From assembly GCA_965203555.1 (NCBI GenBank), contig CBDBCY010000004.1:1376001-1440000 (forward strand): 64,000 nucleotides of DNA. Reading direction: 5' to 3'. Source of the stretch: Acidimicrobiia bacterium (GTDB lineage Bacteria > Actinomycetota > Acidimicrobiia > Spongiisociales > ZC4RG35). The position numbers and the translations under genes are program-made. Below the pieces are notes generated by a model. The model saw nothing but the letters and a program-made list of their open reading frames with translations, did no database searches and was not told where the DNA came from. Shown here in pieces: positions 19,394 to 28,605 of the stretch. The stretch's first letter is position 1. Each line of letters opens with the position of its first letter.

Positions 19394-20218
19394 ATGCCTC
19401 TTGTCTCCCTCCCCACCGGGATCGAGATGTTCTACCAGGTGGAAGGATCCGGGGAGCCGGTGCTGCTGATCATGGGCACCGCCGCCGATCACACCCCCTG
19501 GGCACGCCAGGTGGCCGACTACCGGGACCACTTCACGGTGATCACCTACGACCACCGGGGTACGGGTCGCTCAACCCACCCGCCCGATCCCCGCACCTAC
19601 TCCATGAGGGTGCTGGCGGACGACGCCGCCGCCCTGCTGGACCATCTCGACCTGGGGCCGGCCCATGTATCCGGACTCTCCCTGGGCAGCGCCACCGCCC
19701 AGGAACTGGCCATCAATCACCCCGGAAAGGTGCGGTCACTGCAACTGCATTGCACCTGGGCGTATTCCGACGAGTGGTTCTGCCGGATGATCGACTCGAT
19801 GGAATTCATGGTGCGCAACGACGACTTCGCGGCATACATACGCTGTGCCCTGATGTGGGTGGCCAGCCCGGACTTCATCAACAACCGCCCCGAGGACGTC
19901 GATGCCTTCGAGACCGGCTTCATCCTGGAAAACCCCCACCCGCCCTCCAAGGAGGGGATGATGGGGCACTTCCGGGCGGACAAGACCCACGACACCCTCG
20001 ATCGGCTCGATCGGATCACCGCCCCCACCCTGATCACCTCCGGGGAGATGGACCACCAGGTGCCCACCCGGTACGGGAGGCAGGTTCACAGTCGCATACC
20101 TCAATCCTGCTTGCACGTGTTCACCGGTCCCCGGTCCAGCCACATCGCCTTCCACGAGATGCCGCAAGAGTGGAATGCCTTCACCCTCGACTGGTTGAAA
20201 CGTCACGCCGATGAATGA
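19394..20218 (+). CDS. Alpha/beta hydrolase
   Basis: YDHRGTGRS; GLSLG nucleophile elbow; C-terminal Asp and His. Confidence 0.88.
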   Translation: MPLVSLPTGIEMFYQVEGSGEPVLLIMGTAADHTPWARQVADYRDHFTVITYDHRGTGRSTHPPDPRTYSMRVLADDAAALLDHLDLGPAHVSGLSLGSATAQELAINHPGKVRSLQLHCTWAYSDEWFCRMIDSMEFMVRNDDFAAYIRCALMWVASPDFINNRPEDVDAFETGFILENPHPPSKEGMMGHFRADKTHDTLDRLDRITAPTLITSGEMDHQVPTRYGRQVHSRIPQSCLHVFTGPRSSHIAFHEMPQEWNAFTLDWLKRHADE

Positions 20219-20359
20219 GACCGATCAATCCGATCTTCCAACCGCCGGGGGATGCCCGGGGGGATGAGCGCCCCATCCGGATCCGGGGAAACAAGGCATC
20301 GTTCGCCAACCTCCGGTATTTGACAGAAGTGAAGTTTTGGGGCGGGGAAGCTCCCCTTC

Positions 20360-20558
20360 GGGCCCATCCCCCGCCTCCACCTTTGCCATGGGTCCCGAGA
20401 GGCCGCGTCCAGCCGCAACCGGGCCGGCCTACCGGACAGTTTGATCCCTCGAAGCGGTCCGAACGACGCCGGAGCGGACCGTTTTGGTGTTTAGGTCCTG
20501 TCAATATGAACCACCGGTGGGACAGAATAAACCTCTGCGCCTGCTCTTTTTTCACAAC
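20360..20558 (-). ncRNA. Dispersed promoter plus structured-RNA element, copy B
   Basis: On the minus strand: TGTGAAAAAA; TGTCCC-N10-CATATT; CTAAACACCA; GGTCCG/CGGACC with CGGCGTCG loop; GGGATCAAA; AGGCCG/CGGCCT stem; GGTGGAGGCGGGG...GGGCCC. Confidence 0.62.
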
Positions 20559-20654
20559 TTCCCGGAAAAGGTGAGAGGAGTAAAGGGTCCACCGCCACCC
20601 GGAGCGCCCAGGACGCGGAATCTTCCGGCGCCCGCCCACGGTTGACAGCCGAGC

Positions 20655-21614
20655 ATGGGGACCGGAGGGGAATCGGATGGGATATTGGAGCACACTTGCG
20701 GTAGCGTCCGAGATGACGTGCTCCAGCTGGCCAAGACCCGGATAAGCGACTCTGTGGCGGGGTTGTTCGCCCACGGCGAGCGTCCGCTTCAGGACACGGC
20801 CCGTTTCGCCGGCGACCCCGGTCTGTGCGGTCCCGGCTCGGTCAGTTGGAGGGTCGTCGGAGACATCTCCGCATTCCTGGGGGGAATCCGGGCGTTGCTC
20901 GTTCAATCCGCCCATCCCGAGGTGGTCGCCGGGGTGGAGGATCACAGCCGCTACCGGGAGGACCCGTTGGGACGGCTCAACCGCACCTCGTTTTTCGTCA
21001 CCACCGCCACCTTCGGCGCCATGCCGGAGGTGGACGCGGCCGTCAATCGGGTCCGCGCCGCCCATCAGGGCGTTGAGGGCCTTTCGTCTCGAAACCGCCC
21101 CTACGACGCTTTCATGCCGGATCTGGCCGCGTGGGTGCACAACACCCTCACCGAATCCTTCCTGGTGGCCTACCGGGAGTTCGGACCGGGACTCACCGCC
21201 GCCCAGGCGGACCGGTTCGTGGCGGAGCAGACACGAATCGGAGCGATGATGGGGGCCGACCCTCTCCCCGAAACCGCCGCCGAACTCATGGAATGGGTGC
21301 GATTCCATCCGGCGCCGGCGCCCAGTGCGGGGATGCGAGGAGCGGTCAGCTTCCTGCGCCGGCCCCCCATCCCCACGCCCCACAGATGGGGCTACCAGGT
21401 GTTGATGCAGGGAGCGGTCGCCACCATCCCCGCGGAGATACGGAAGGTCCTGGACCTGAAGGCCAGACCCGGGGCACGTTCGGGCGCGGTCGCCCTGAGC
21501 CGGGGACTTCGGTGGGCGATGCGCAACAGCCCGGCTTGGAGGGCATCGCTCGACCGTTGTGGTGAGTCCTACGATCCGAGGTTGTTCCGCCAATTCCCGG
21601 TCTCTCCCCGTTGA
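20655..21614 (+). CDS. DUF2236 / MpaB-like oxygenase family protein
   Basis: GPGSVSWRV, GGIRALLVQSAHP.V.AGV.DHS, RVRAAH and WVHNTL motifs; start uncertain. Confidence 0.85.
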   Translation: MGTGGESDGILEHTCGSVRDDVLQLAKTRISDSVAGLFAHGERPLQDTARFAGDPGLCGPGSVSWRVVGDISAFLGGIRALLVQSAHPEVVAGVEDHSRYREDPLGRLNRTSFFVTTATFGAMPEVDAAVNRVRAAHQGVEGLSSRNRPYDAFMPDLAAWVHNTLTESFLVAYREFGPGLTAAQADRFVAEQTRIGAMMGADPLPETAAELMEWVRFHPAPAPSAGMRGAVSFLRRPPIPTPHRWGYQVLMQGAVATIPAEIRKVLDLKARPGARSGAVALSRGLRWAMRNSPAWRASLDRCGESYDPRLFRQFPVSPR

Positions 21615-21817
21615 TCCGACAGGATGGTCCCGGGGGCCGGCCGTGTTCGGACCTTTTGAAAGGCGACGGCCGGCGCTTTGCAGCCGGCTTTCCAATCGGA
21701 ACACGGATTGGCGGCCCGTGAAGGCGACCAACCCGGAACAAACTAAGATACCGGCACAACCAAGGGCATTCTCGCTCAATCCCACCCGAGTTCCCTGAAG
21801 AAAGGCCAAACCTGGCA

Positions 21818-22693
21818 GTGAAATACCGTGCGCCCACCTCGATTGAAGAAGCCGTGGCGCTCTTGGATTCCAACCCCGGAGCTGCGGTATTCGCAGGAGC
21901 CACCGACCTTATACCGCAAATCCAGGCCGGGCGTCCTGAGCCGTCCATGGTGGTGGATCTCAAAGGACTTCCCCAAACCGGCGTGCTGGAAAGTCAGAAC
22001 GGTTACTGGCGGGTGGGCGCCGCCGTTCCCGCCGCCCGCCTGACCTCCCACCGGGAACTGGTCGCCGCTTTCCCGGGTCTGGTGGAGGGCGCGGCTTTGA
22101 TCGGATCCGACCAGATCCAGGGCCGGGCCACCCTGGGGGGCAACCTGTGCAACGCCTCTCCCGCCGCCGATTCGGTTCCCCCGCTGGTGGCTCTCGACGC
22201 CACGGCCGTAATCGTCGGACCCGCAGGTACGCGGTCCGTTCCCGTGTCGGAAGTGGTGGTCGGCCCGGGAGCCACTTCACTGCGCCGCGCCGAGTTCATA
22301 ACCGAGTTTCGCATCCCCGCCCCGGCCGCCGGGTCATCGGACGCCTACGAACGCTTCATTCCCCGCACCGAGATGGATATCGCGGTAGTGGGCGCCGCGG
22401 CCCGTATCCGGCTGGACGGCCGGGGCAGGTGCCGGGAGGCGACCGTGGTGCTCGCCGCGGTGGCGCCCACCGTGGTGGAGGTGAGCGCCGCCCAGGAGAT
22501 ACTGCGGGGTCAGCGGATCGACGCGGCCCCGAACGGGGAGGCCTTCTGGGAAGAACTGGGAGAAGCGGCGGTGGCGTGTTGCAATCCCATCGATGACAAG
22601 CGCGGCACCGTCGAATTCCGGCGCCGGGTGGCAGGCGTACTGGCCCGCCGGACAGTCGCCGTCGCCGCCCGCCGCGCCAGGGAGGCAATGTGA
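21818..22693 (+). CDS. Xanthine dehydrogenase family FAD-binding subunit
   Basis: AGATDL, ATLGGNLCNASPAAD and PIDDKRGTVEFRR motifs. Confidence 0.9.
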   Translation: MKYRAPTSIEEAVALLDSNPGAAVFAGATDLIPQIQAGRPEPSMVVDLKGLPQTGVLESQNGYWRVGAAVPAARLTSHRELVAAFPGLVEGAALIGSDQIQGRATLGGNLCNASPAADSVPPLVALDATAVIVGPAGTRSVPVSEVVVGPGATSLRRAEFITEFRIPAPAAGSSDAYERFIPRTEMDIAVVGAAARIRLDGRGRCREATVVLAAVAPTVVEVSAAQEILRGQRIDAAPNGEAFWEELGEAAVACCNPIDDKRGTVEFRRRVAGVLARRTVAVAARRAREAM

Positions 22694-23187
22694 GCAGAAC
22701 CCATGTCACCTGCGTGGTCAACGGCGACCCGGTCGATTTTCTGTGCCACGACTACCAGACCCTGCTCAGCGCCCTTCGCGACGAGCTGGGGATGACCGGA
22801 ACCAAGGAGGGTTGCGGCACCGGGGACTGCGGCGCCTGCTCGGTGATCCTGGACGGCCAACTGGTCTGCTCCTGCCTCGTGTTCGCCCCCGAAGCGCAAG
22901 GCCGGAACATCGAGACCATCGAGGGAATGGCCGACGGCCGGCATCTTCATCCCCTGCAGGAAAGCTTCCTGGAGGGAGCGGCCTTCCAATGCGGGGTATG
23001 CACCCCCGGGTTCCTGATGGCCGCCAAGGCTCTGTTGGATAACAACCCCTCCCCCACCGAGACCGAGGTCCGCTACGGGGTGGCCGGGAATCTGTGCCGC
23101 TGCACGGGATATGACAAGATCGTCCGCTCCATCCTGGACGCCGCCGCCCGGATGAGAGAACCGCACGCTCGAGAGGAGACGACATGA
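22690..23187 (+). CDS. Xanthine dehydrogenase family 2Fe-2S subunit
   Basis: GTKEGCGTGDCGAC, QCGVCTPG and GNLCRCTGY motifs. Confidence 0.93.
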   Translation: MSRTHVTCVVNGDPVDFLCHDYQTLLSALRDELGMTGTKEGCGTGDCGACSVILDGQLVCSCLVFAPEAQGRNIETIEGMADGRHLHPLQESFLEGAAFQCGVCTPGFLMAAKALLDNNPSPTETEVRYGVAGNLCRCTGYDKIVRSILDAAARMREPHAREETT

Positions 23188-25439
23188 CCGCCACCCGCAC
23201 CGCCTACAAGTGGGTGGGCACCCGCCCGGTACGTCACGACGGGCTGGACAAGGTAACCGGCCGGGCGCGCTTCGGGGCTGACTTCGCCACCGCCGGCATG
23301 CTCCACGGCGCAGTGCTGCGAAGTCCGCACGCTCACGCCCTGATCCACTCCGTCGACTTCTCCGAGGCCCTGGCTCTACCCGGGGTCAAGGCGATCATCA
23401 CCAGCGCCGATCTGCCCGAACTCGGTGACGATCGGGTCGAGGGCGGTGAGGGCAACGCCACCTACCGGGACCTTTCCCGCAACATCCTGGCGCGGGACAA
23501 GGTGCTGTATGAGGGACACGCGGTGGCGGCAGTGGCGGCCACCACCCTCCGGATCGCCAGGGAGGCTGTAGGGCTCATCCACGTCGACTACGAGGGGCTG
23601 ACGCCGGTGCTCACTCTCGAGCAGGCCATGGAGGAGGATGCGCCGCTGCTGCACGACGATCTGTTCACATCCGGGCTGGAGTCCCCTCCCGAGAGGGCCT
23701 CCAACATCGCCGCTCGCCACGTCACGTCCCGCGGCGACCCCGATGCCGCCTGGGAGGAGGCGGACGTGGTGGTGGAACGGGAATACTTCACCAAAGCCGT
23801 CCACCAGGGCTACATAGAGCCCCATGCGGTGGTCGCCCAGATCGGCGAGGACGGCAAGGGAACGGTCTGGGGCTCGTCGCAGGGCCACTTCGTGATACGC
23901 ACCCTCACCGCCAACGTTTTGGGATGGGACCCGGGCGACATGAAGTTCATCCCCGCCGAGATCGGGGGAGGATTCGGCGGCAAGACCACCATCTACCTCG
24001 AACCCCTGGCGGCATTGCTGTCACGGCGAGCGGGGCGGCCGGTCAAGATGGTGATGACTCGACACGAGGTGTTCCGGGCCACCGGTCCCACTTCCGCCGC
24101 CTGGATGAAAGTCAAGATGGGTGCCCGCCGCGACGGGAAGCTGGTGGCGGCCCAGGCCTGGATGGCATATGAGGCGGGCGCCTTTCCGGGATCTCCGGTA
24201 GACCTGGGAGTCATGGGGATCTTCGCCCCCTACGACATTCCCAACGTGTACATGGAGGGTTACGACGTGTTGGTCAACAAACCCAAGGTGGCCGCCTACC
24301 GGGCTCCGGGCGCGCCGATGGCGGGCTTCGCCGCCGAGTCGGTCATCGACGAACTGGCCGAAGAACTTGGAATCGATCCCGTGGAGATCCGGCTCCGCAA
24401 CGCGGTCGCCGAAGGCGTGAGGGCGGTCTACGGACCCAAGTACCGCAAGATCGGGCTGGTCGAAACCCTGGAGGCCGCTCGTGATCACCCCCACTACTCG
24501 GCGCCGCTCGGCCCCTGGCAGGGAAGGGGAGTGGCGTGCGGATGGTGGATGAACTACGGAGGGGAGACCACCGCCACGGTGAGCATCAACCTGGACGGCA
24601 CGGCGGTGGTGATGTCCGGCTGCCCCGACATAGGAGGTTCCCGCGCCTCGCTGGCCCAGATGGCCGCCGAGGAACTGGGCATCGACGTGCACCGTATCGA
24701 ACCGGTGGTGGCGGACACCCACTCCATCGGTTACAACGACCTCACCGGAGGCAGCCGGGTCACCTTCGCGGTGGGGATCGCGGTGGTAGAGGCCGCTCGC
24801 GAGTTGATCGACGACATGTGCTCCCGGGCCGCCCGGATATGGGATGTTCCCCGCCGAGAAGTGGAGTGGGTGGACGGTCGCGCCCAGAGCGTCGACGGGG
24901 TCTTCCCGCCGCTCACCCTGGAGGAGTTGACCGCCGGATCGGCCCGCACCGGTGGGCCGCTGTCGGCCACCAAGACCGTGAACCCCCGCGGGGTGGGGGT
25001 GGCTTTCTCCACCCAGATCTGCGACGTCGAGGTGGATCCCGAAACCGGAAGAGTGACCATCCTGCGCTACACGGTCACCCAGGACGCCGGGAGGGCCATT
25101 CATCCCGACTATGTCGAAGGCCAGATGCAGGGAGGTGCGGTGCAGGGCATCGGATGGGCCCTCAACGAGGAGTACATATTCGATGGGGAGGGGGTGATGG
25201 AAAACCCCGGGTTCCTCGACTACCGGATGCCGGTGGCCTCCGACCTGCCCATGATCGACACCGTGATAGTGGAGGTGCCCAACCCCGACCATCCGTACGG
25301 GGTGAGGGGGGTGGGAGAGGTGGGGATCGTCCCTCCCCTGGCGGCGGTGGCCAACGCAGTCTATGGCGCCACGGGAAAACGGATCAGAGAACTTCCGATG
25401 TCTCCGGTAAAGGTCCTGGAAGCACTGTCCTCGGACTGA
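23184..25439 (+). CDS. Xanthine dehydrogenase family molybdopterin-binding subunit
   Basis: LRSPHAHA, IGGGFGGK, AYRAPG, EGQMQGG.VQGIG and GVRGVGE motifs. Confidence 0.93.
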   Translation: MTATRTAYKWVGTRPVRHDGLDKVTGRARFGADFATAGMLHGAVLRSPHAHALIHSVDFSEALALPGVKAIITSADLPELGDDRVEGGEGNATYRDLSRNILARDKVLYEGHAVAAVAATTLRIAREAVGLIHVDYEGLTPVLTLEQAMEEDAPLLHDDLFTSGLESPPERASNIAARHVTSRGDPDAAWEEADVVVEREYFTKAVHQGYIEPHAVVAQIGEDGKGTVWGSSQGHFVIRTLTANVLGWDPGDMKFIPAEIGGGFGGKTTIYLEPLAALLSRRAGRPVKMVMTRHEVFRATGPTSAAWMKVKMGARRDGKLVAAQAWMAYEAGAFPGSPVDLGVMGIFAPYDIPNVYMEGYDVLVNKPKVAAYRAPGAPMAGFAAESVIDELAEELGIDPVEIRLRNAVAEGVRAVYGPKYRKIGLVETLEAARDHPHYSAPLGPWQGRGVACGWWMNYGGETTATVSINLDGTAVVMSGCPDIGGSRASLAQMAAEELGIDVHRIEPVVADTHSIGYNDLTGGSRVTFAVGIAVVEAARELIDDMCSRAARIWDVPRREVEWVDGRAQSVDGVFPPLTLEELTAGSARTGGPLSATKTVNPRGVGVAFSTQICDVEVDPETGRVTILRYTVTQDAGRAIHPDYVEGQMQGGAVQGIGWALNEEYIFDGEGVMENPGFLDYRMPVASDLPMIDTVIVEVPNPDHPYGVRGVGEVGIVPPLAAVANAVYGATGKRIRELPMSPVKVLEALSSD

Positions 25440-25681
25440 TGGCCGTAGTTTTCTTCCCCAGGGCTCTCCAGGGTCTGACCGGAGGAGCGAAGAAGTGGGA
25501 AGCCGAAGCTTCCTCCATGCGGGAGCTGGGGGCAAGGTTGGAGGAAGCCTTCCCCGGAATCGGAGTGCAGTTGAAGTCGGCGGCCGTGGCCATCGACGGA
25601 GATGTGGCGCCCGGCGCCTGGTTGGAAGCGCTGGAACCGGACAGCGAGATACACTTCCTCCCCGCCCTCGGCGGCGGCTAG
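25439..25681 (+). CDS. MoaD/ThiS family sulfur carrier
   Basis: 80 aa; VAIDG...IHFLPALGGG with C-terminal GG; TGATG coupling to the upstream gene. Confidence 0.85.
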   Translation: MAVVFFPRALQGLTGGAKKWEAEASSMRELGARLEEAFPGIGVQLKSAAVAIDGDVAPGAWLEALEPDSEIHFLPALGGG

Positions 25682-25688
25682 CCGACCG

Positions 25689-26687
25689 GTGGGCAACTCC
25701 TCTCTGCTGGTGTGCGGGGACGCTTCGGTCGACATCAGTCTGCGGATCGAAGACCTCCCCGCCGCCGGGCTGGACGTTTCGGCCCGCCACCCGTCGGTGA
25801 CGGTCGGGGGTTCGGCGGCCAACTGCGCGGCGGCCGCCGCCCGCCTGGGGGTCAAAGTGGACCTCGTGGCGCGGATCGGCGACGACCTGTTCGCGCAGGT
25901 CATAGTCGACGACCTTCTCTTGCAGAGGGTCGGAATCTCGGGACTGCAGGTTGTGAAAGGACAGTCGGCACTGGTGGTGGCACTGATAGATCCTCAAGGG
26001 CAACGCACTTTCATCTCCGCCCGCGGGCCCGCCTCCGGCCGCATTCCGGCCGACTTCTACATTCCCCTCCTCGATGAAGCAACTCTCGTGCATGTGAGCG
26101 GCTACGCCTTCCAGGACCGGGAATCGCGGTCCGCCGCCCTGCACCTGCTGGAGGAGGCCCGGCGGCGAGGTCTGTCGACATCGGTGGACCCGTCCCCTCT
26201 GTTCGCCGAGCACTACGACCCCGATTACGGCTGGCTGCAGGGAATCGACTATCTGTTCCCCAACGCCTACGAAGCCACCGCCATTACCGGAGTTGCCTCA
26301 CCCCGAGGCGCGGCACAGGCCCTTCACGGTTTTGGCGCAAAGGCGGTGGTGGTAACAATGGGAGCCGATGGCTGCCTGCTCAACGACGAAAACGGCGTCG
26401 CCCACTTCCCGGCGGTCAGGGAATTCCCGGTCGTCGACACCACGGGGGCGGGAGATGGCTTCGCCGGGGGGTTTCTGGCGGTCACGCTTTCCGGGGGCAC
26501 TCCCCGCCAGGGATGCCGGGTGGGGAACCTGGTAGCCGCCCGGGTGATCGCCGAGGCGGGCGGACACTCCGCGGTTGCCTCTCCGGGACAATTGCGGAGG
26601 ATGGCCGACCGGTTGGGGGACCCGCAACTCAAAAAAGCGATCCAGGTTCTGGCCAGGTCCGGGCCGGAGGACGGAAGCAACCGATGA
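25689..26687 (+). CDS. PfkB-family kinase, possible pseudouridine kinase
   Basis: GGSAANCA and VDTTGAGDGFAGG motifs; directly upstream of psuG. Confidence 0.85.
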   Translation: MGNSSLLVCGDASVDISLRIEDLPAAGLDVSARHPSVTVGGSAANCAAAAARLGVKVDLVARIGDDLFAQVIVDDLLLQRVGISGLQVVKGQSALVVALIDPQGQRTFISARGPASGRIPADFYIPLLDEATLVHVSGYAFQDRESRSAALHLLEEARRRGLSTSVDPSPLFAEHYDPDYGWLQGIDYLFPNAYEATAITGVASPRGAAQALHGFGAKAVVVTMGADGCLLNDENGVAHFPAVREFPVVDTTGAGDGFAGGFLAVTLSGGTPRQGCRVGNLVAARVIAEAGGHSAVASPGQLRRMADRLGDPQLKKAIQVLARSGPEDGSNR

Positions 26688-27595
26688 ATGCCCCGATACG
26701 CCTGGGAGACGAAGTGCGGGAGACATTGGAGACCGGGGGGCCGGTGGTGGCGCTCGAGACAAGCATCGTCACCCAGGGCATGCCGTTTCCAACCAACCTG
26801 GAAACGGCGGTGGCCACCCAGGAAGCGGTGCGCCGCGGAGGGGCGGTGCCCGCTCTGATCGGGGTACTCGGCGGGGAACTGGTGTGCGGGCTCACCGGGG
26901 ACGAACTGGAGCGCCTGGGCACCTCCCCTGAAGCCGCCAAGGTCCAGAAGAGGGACCTGCCCCGCATAATCGCCGAGGGGGGCGACGGAGGGGTCACGGT
27001 GGGAGCATCCCTGTTCACGGCCGCCCGCTGCGGGATCGAGGTGTTCGTGACTGGCGGCATCGGAGGCGTATCACCGGGAGCGGGGACCTCCTTCGACGTC
27101 TCCGCCGACCTGCTGGCAATAGCCCGGCATCGGTGCATCACGGTGTGCGCCGGGACCAAGGCGTTCATGGACGTGGCCGCCACGCTTGAGTACCTGGAGA
27201 CGCTCAGCGTGCCGGTGGCGGTGTGGAAGTCTCACCGCTTCCCCTGGTTCTACAGCGCCGACAGCGGGGTGGAGGTGGAATGGCGGGTGGACGAGGCGCG
27301 AGCGATGGCGCAGGCGTTCCGGGCGGGGCGGCGGCTGGGCTGGCAGGGCGGGATGCTGCTGGGCGTTCCGATCCCCCCCGAGCACGCCCTGGACGAAGAA
27401 ACCACGCAAGCCGCGGTGGAATACGCACTGGCGGAACTGGAACGACGGCACATTGCCGGAAAGGAAGCCACCCCGTTCCTACTGCAGGCAGTCTTCGACC
27501 ACACCCACGGCGCCTCTCTGGTCGCCAACACCGCCCTGGTGCAACACAACGCACAGGTGGGCGCCCAACTGGCCTCCGCCCTGGCCGGATACTGA
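26684..27595 (+). CDS. psuG: Pseudouridine-5'-phosphate glycosidase (IndA/PsuG)
   Basis: PVVALETSI...GMPFP.N, FVTGGIGGV, DVSADL, VCAG.K..D...TLEYLET, GK.ATPFLL and SL.AN.ALV.HNA motifs. Confidence 0.88.
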   Translation: MNAPIRLGDEVRETLETGGPVVALETSIVTQGMPFPTNLETAVATQEAVRRGGAVPALIGVLGGELVCGLTGDELERLGTSPEAAKVQKRDLPRIIAEGGDGGVTVGASLFTAARCGIEVFVTGGIGGVSPGAGTSFDVSADLLAIARHRCITVCAGTKAFMDVAATLEYLETLSVPVAVWKSHRFPWFYSADSGVEVEWRVDEARAMAQAFRAGRRLGWQGGMLLGVPIPPEHALDEETTQAAVEYALAELERRHIAGKEATPFLLQAVFDHTHGASLVANTALVQHNAQVGAQLASALAGY

Positions 27596-27607
27596 AAGAA
27601 TGCCGAG

Positions 27608-27818
27608 GCTTCACTGTTCCCCGCAATCCTGACCACCAAACCCAAGCGACACAGCACCGCGGCCAGACCCTGCCGCTAACCGAGGCCACTCGCCGGAAGC
27701 GGGTCAGTTGCTACCGCCCATCCAAGCTGGCCTCCGCCCTGGCCTGGATAGACGTACTGCTTAAAGTAGTCCATGCCGGAGAGCTTCACTGTTCCCCGCA
27801 ATCCTGACCACCAAACCC
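27608..27818 (+). repeat. 36-bp perfect direct repeat (27608-27643 and 27783-27818) within a larger imperfect duplication of the psuG 3' end
   Basis: GCTTCACTGTTCCCCGCAATCCTGACCACCAAACCC occurs twice, each preceded by CTGGCCTCCGCCCTGGCC. Confidence 0.9.
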
Positions 27819-27829
27819 TGGACATCTAG

Positions 27830-28136
27830 TGTCCGCTCCTGCTGCCGGTGCCTGCTCGGCCGCTAACGCGTCGATATCGACGCGTTGTTTGTGCAGGTGG
27901 CGTTCCAACGCCGCGATGATGCGTCCCAGTTGTCCGGTTTCGCGCAACGCGGTGACCTTTTCCCAGGCGAAGAAGCGGTCGTTGTTTGTGCGGTGTTCCA
28001 ACCGAGTTGTCCGGTTTCGCGCAACGCGGTGACCTTTCCCAGGCGAAGAAGGGCGTACTTTCGATGCGTCCGATTCCAACGACAGGTACTCGTACACCTT
28101 GTCGCCCCTTCGACGGCGGGTCGTCTTAACGAACAT
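27830..28136 (-). pseudogene. IS1634-like transposase N-terminal remnant with an internal ~47-bp duplication
   Basis: MFVKTTRRRRGDKVYEYLSL and LG.V..LRETGQLGRII motifs; duplicated segment at 27928-27975 and 28005-28051. Confidence 0.65.
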
Positions 28137-28605
28137 ACCCCACAAAAACCCGCAACCCGTCCCACCAACACAATGTCGCCACTCCGACAGCTTCTTCACC
28201 GAGACCACCCCCCACCACCAGCTCCCCGACGGTGTCAACCACCACCTTGGTCACCCGTACACCACGCAGGTGCAACCGGACCGGCATAACATCAGCATTC
28301 ATTGAGGCCTCCTGGATAGGCGATTCGCTTACACCACCTATTCCAGCGAGGCCTCAACCCCTAACCAAGGACCCCCTCCCTAACCCTGCTCCCCACAAAT
28401 ACGCGCAGCCTCACAAAAACGCGCAGCCTCCAAAATACTCTTGGTAGGGCGCTACTACCGTCACGTCGTCGTTGATTCGTTGAATGTCCCAAAACTCAGT
28501 CATCCACCACGACAACCATAGGAGCATCGAAGACCCAGTTTGGAGTGATTGATGGCGATTACAGTTTTTCCGAACAGGGAAACCTCATGGACGGATCCTC
28601 TTTGG

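Noticed and set aside
21608-21665. Possible sixth RNA cassette (GGTCCG...GGACC...GGATCAA on the minus strand)
   Set aside because: No promoter motif or G-rich tail, and it runs into a CDS; too weak without a covariance model
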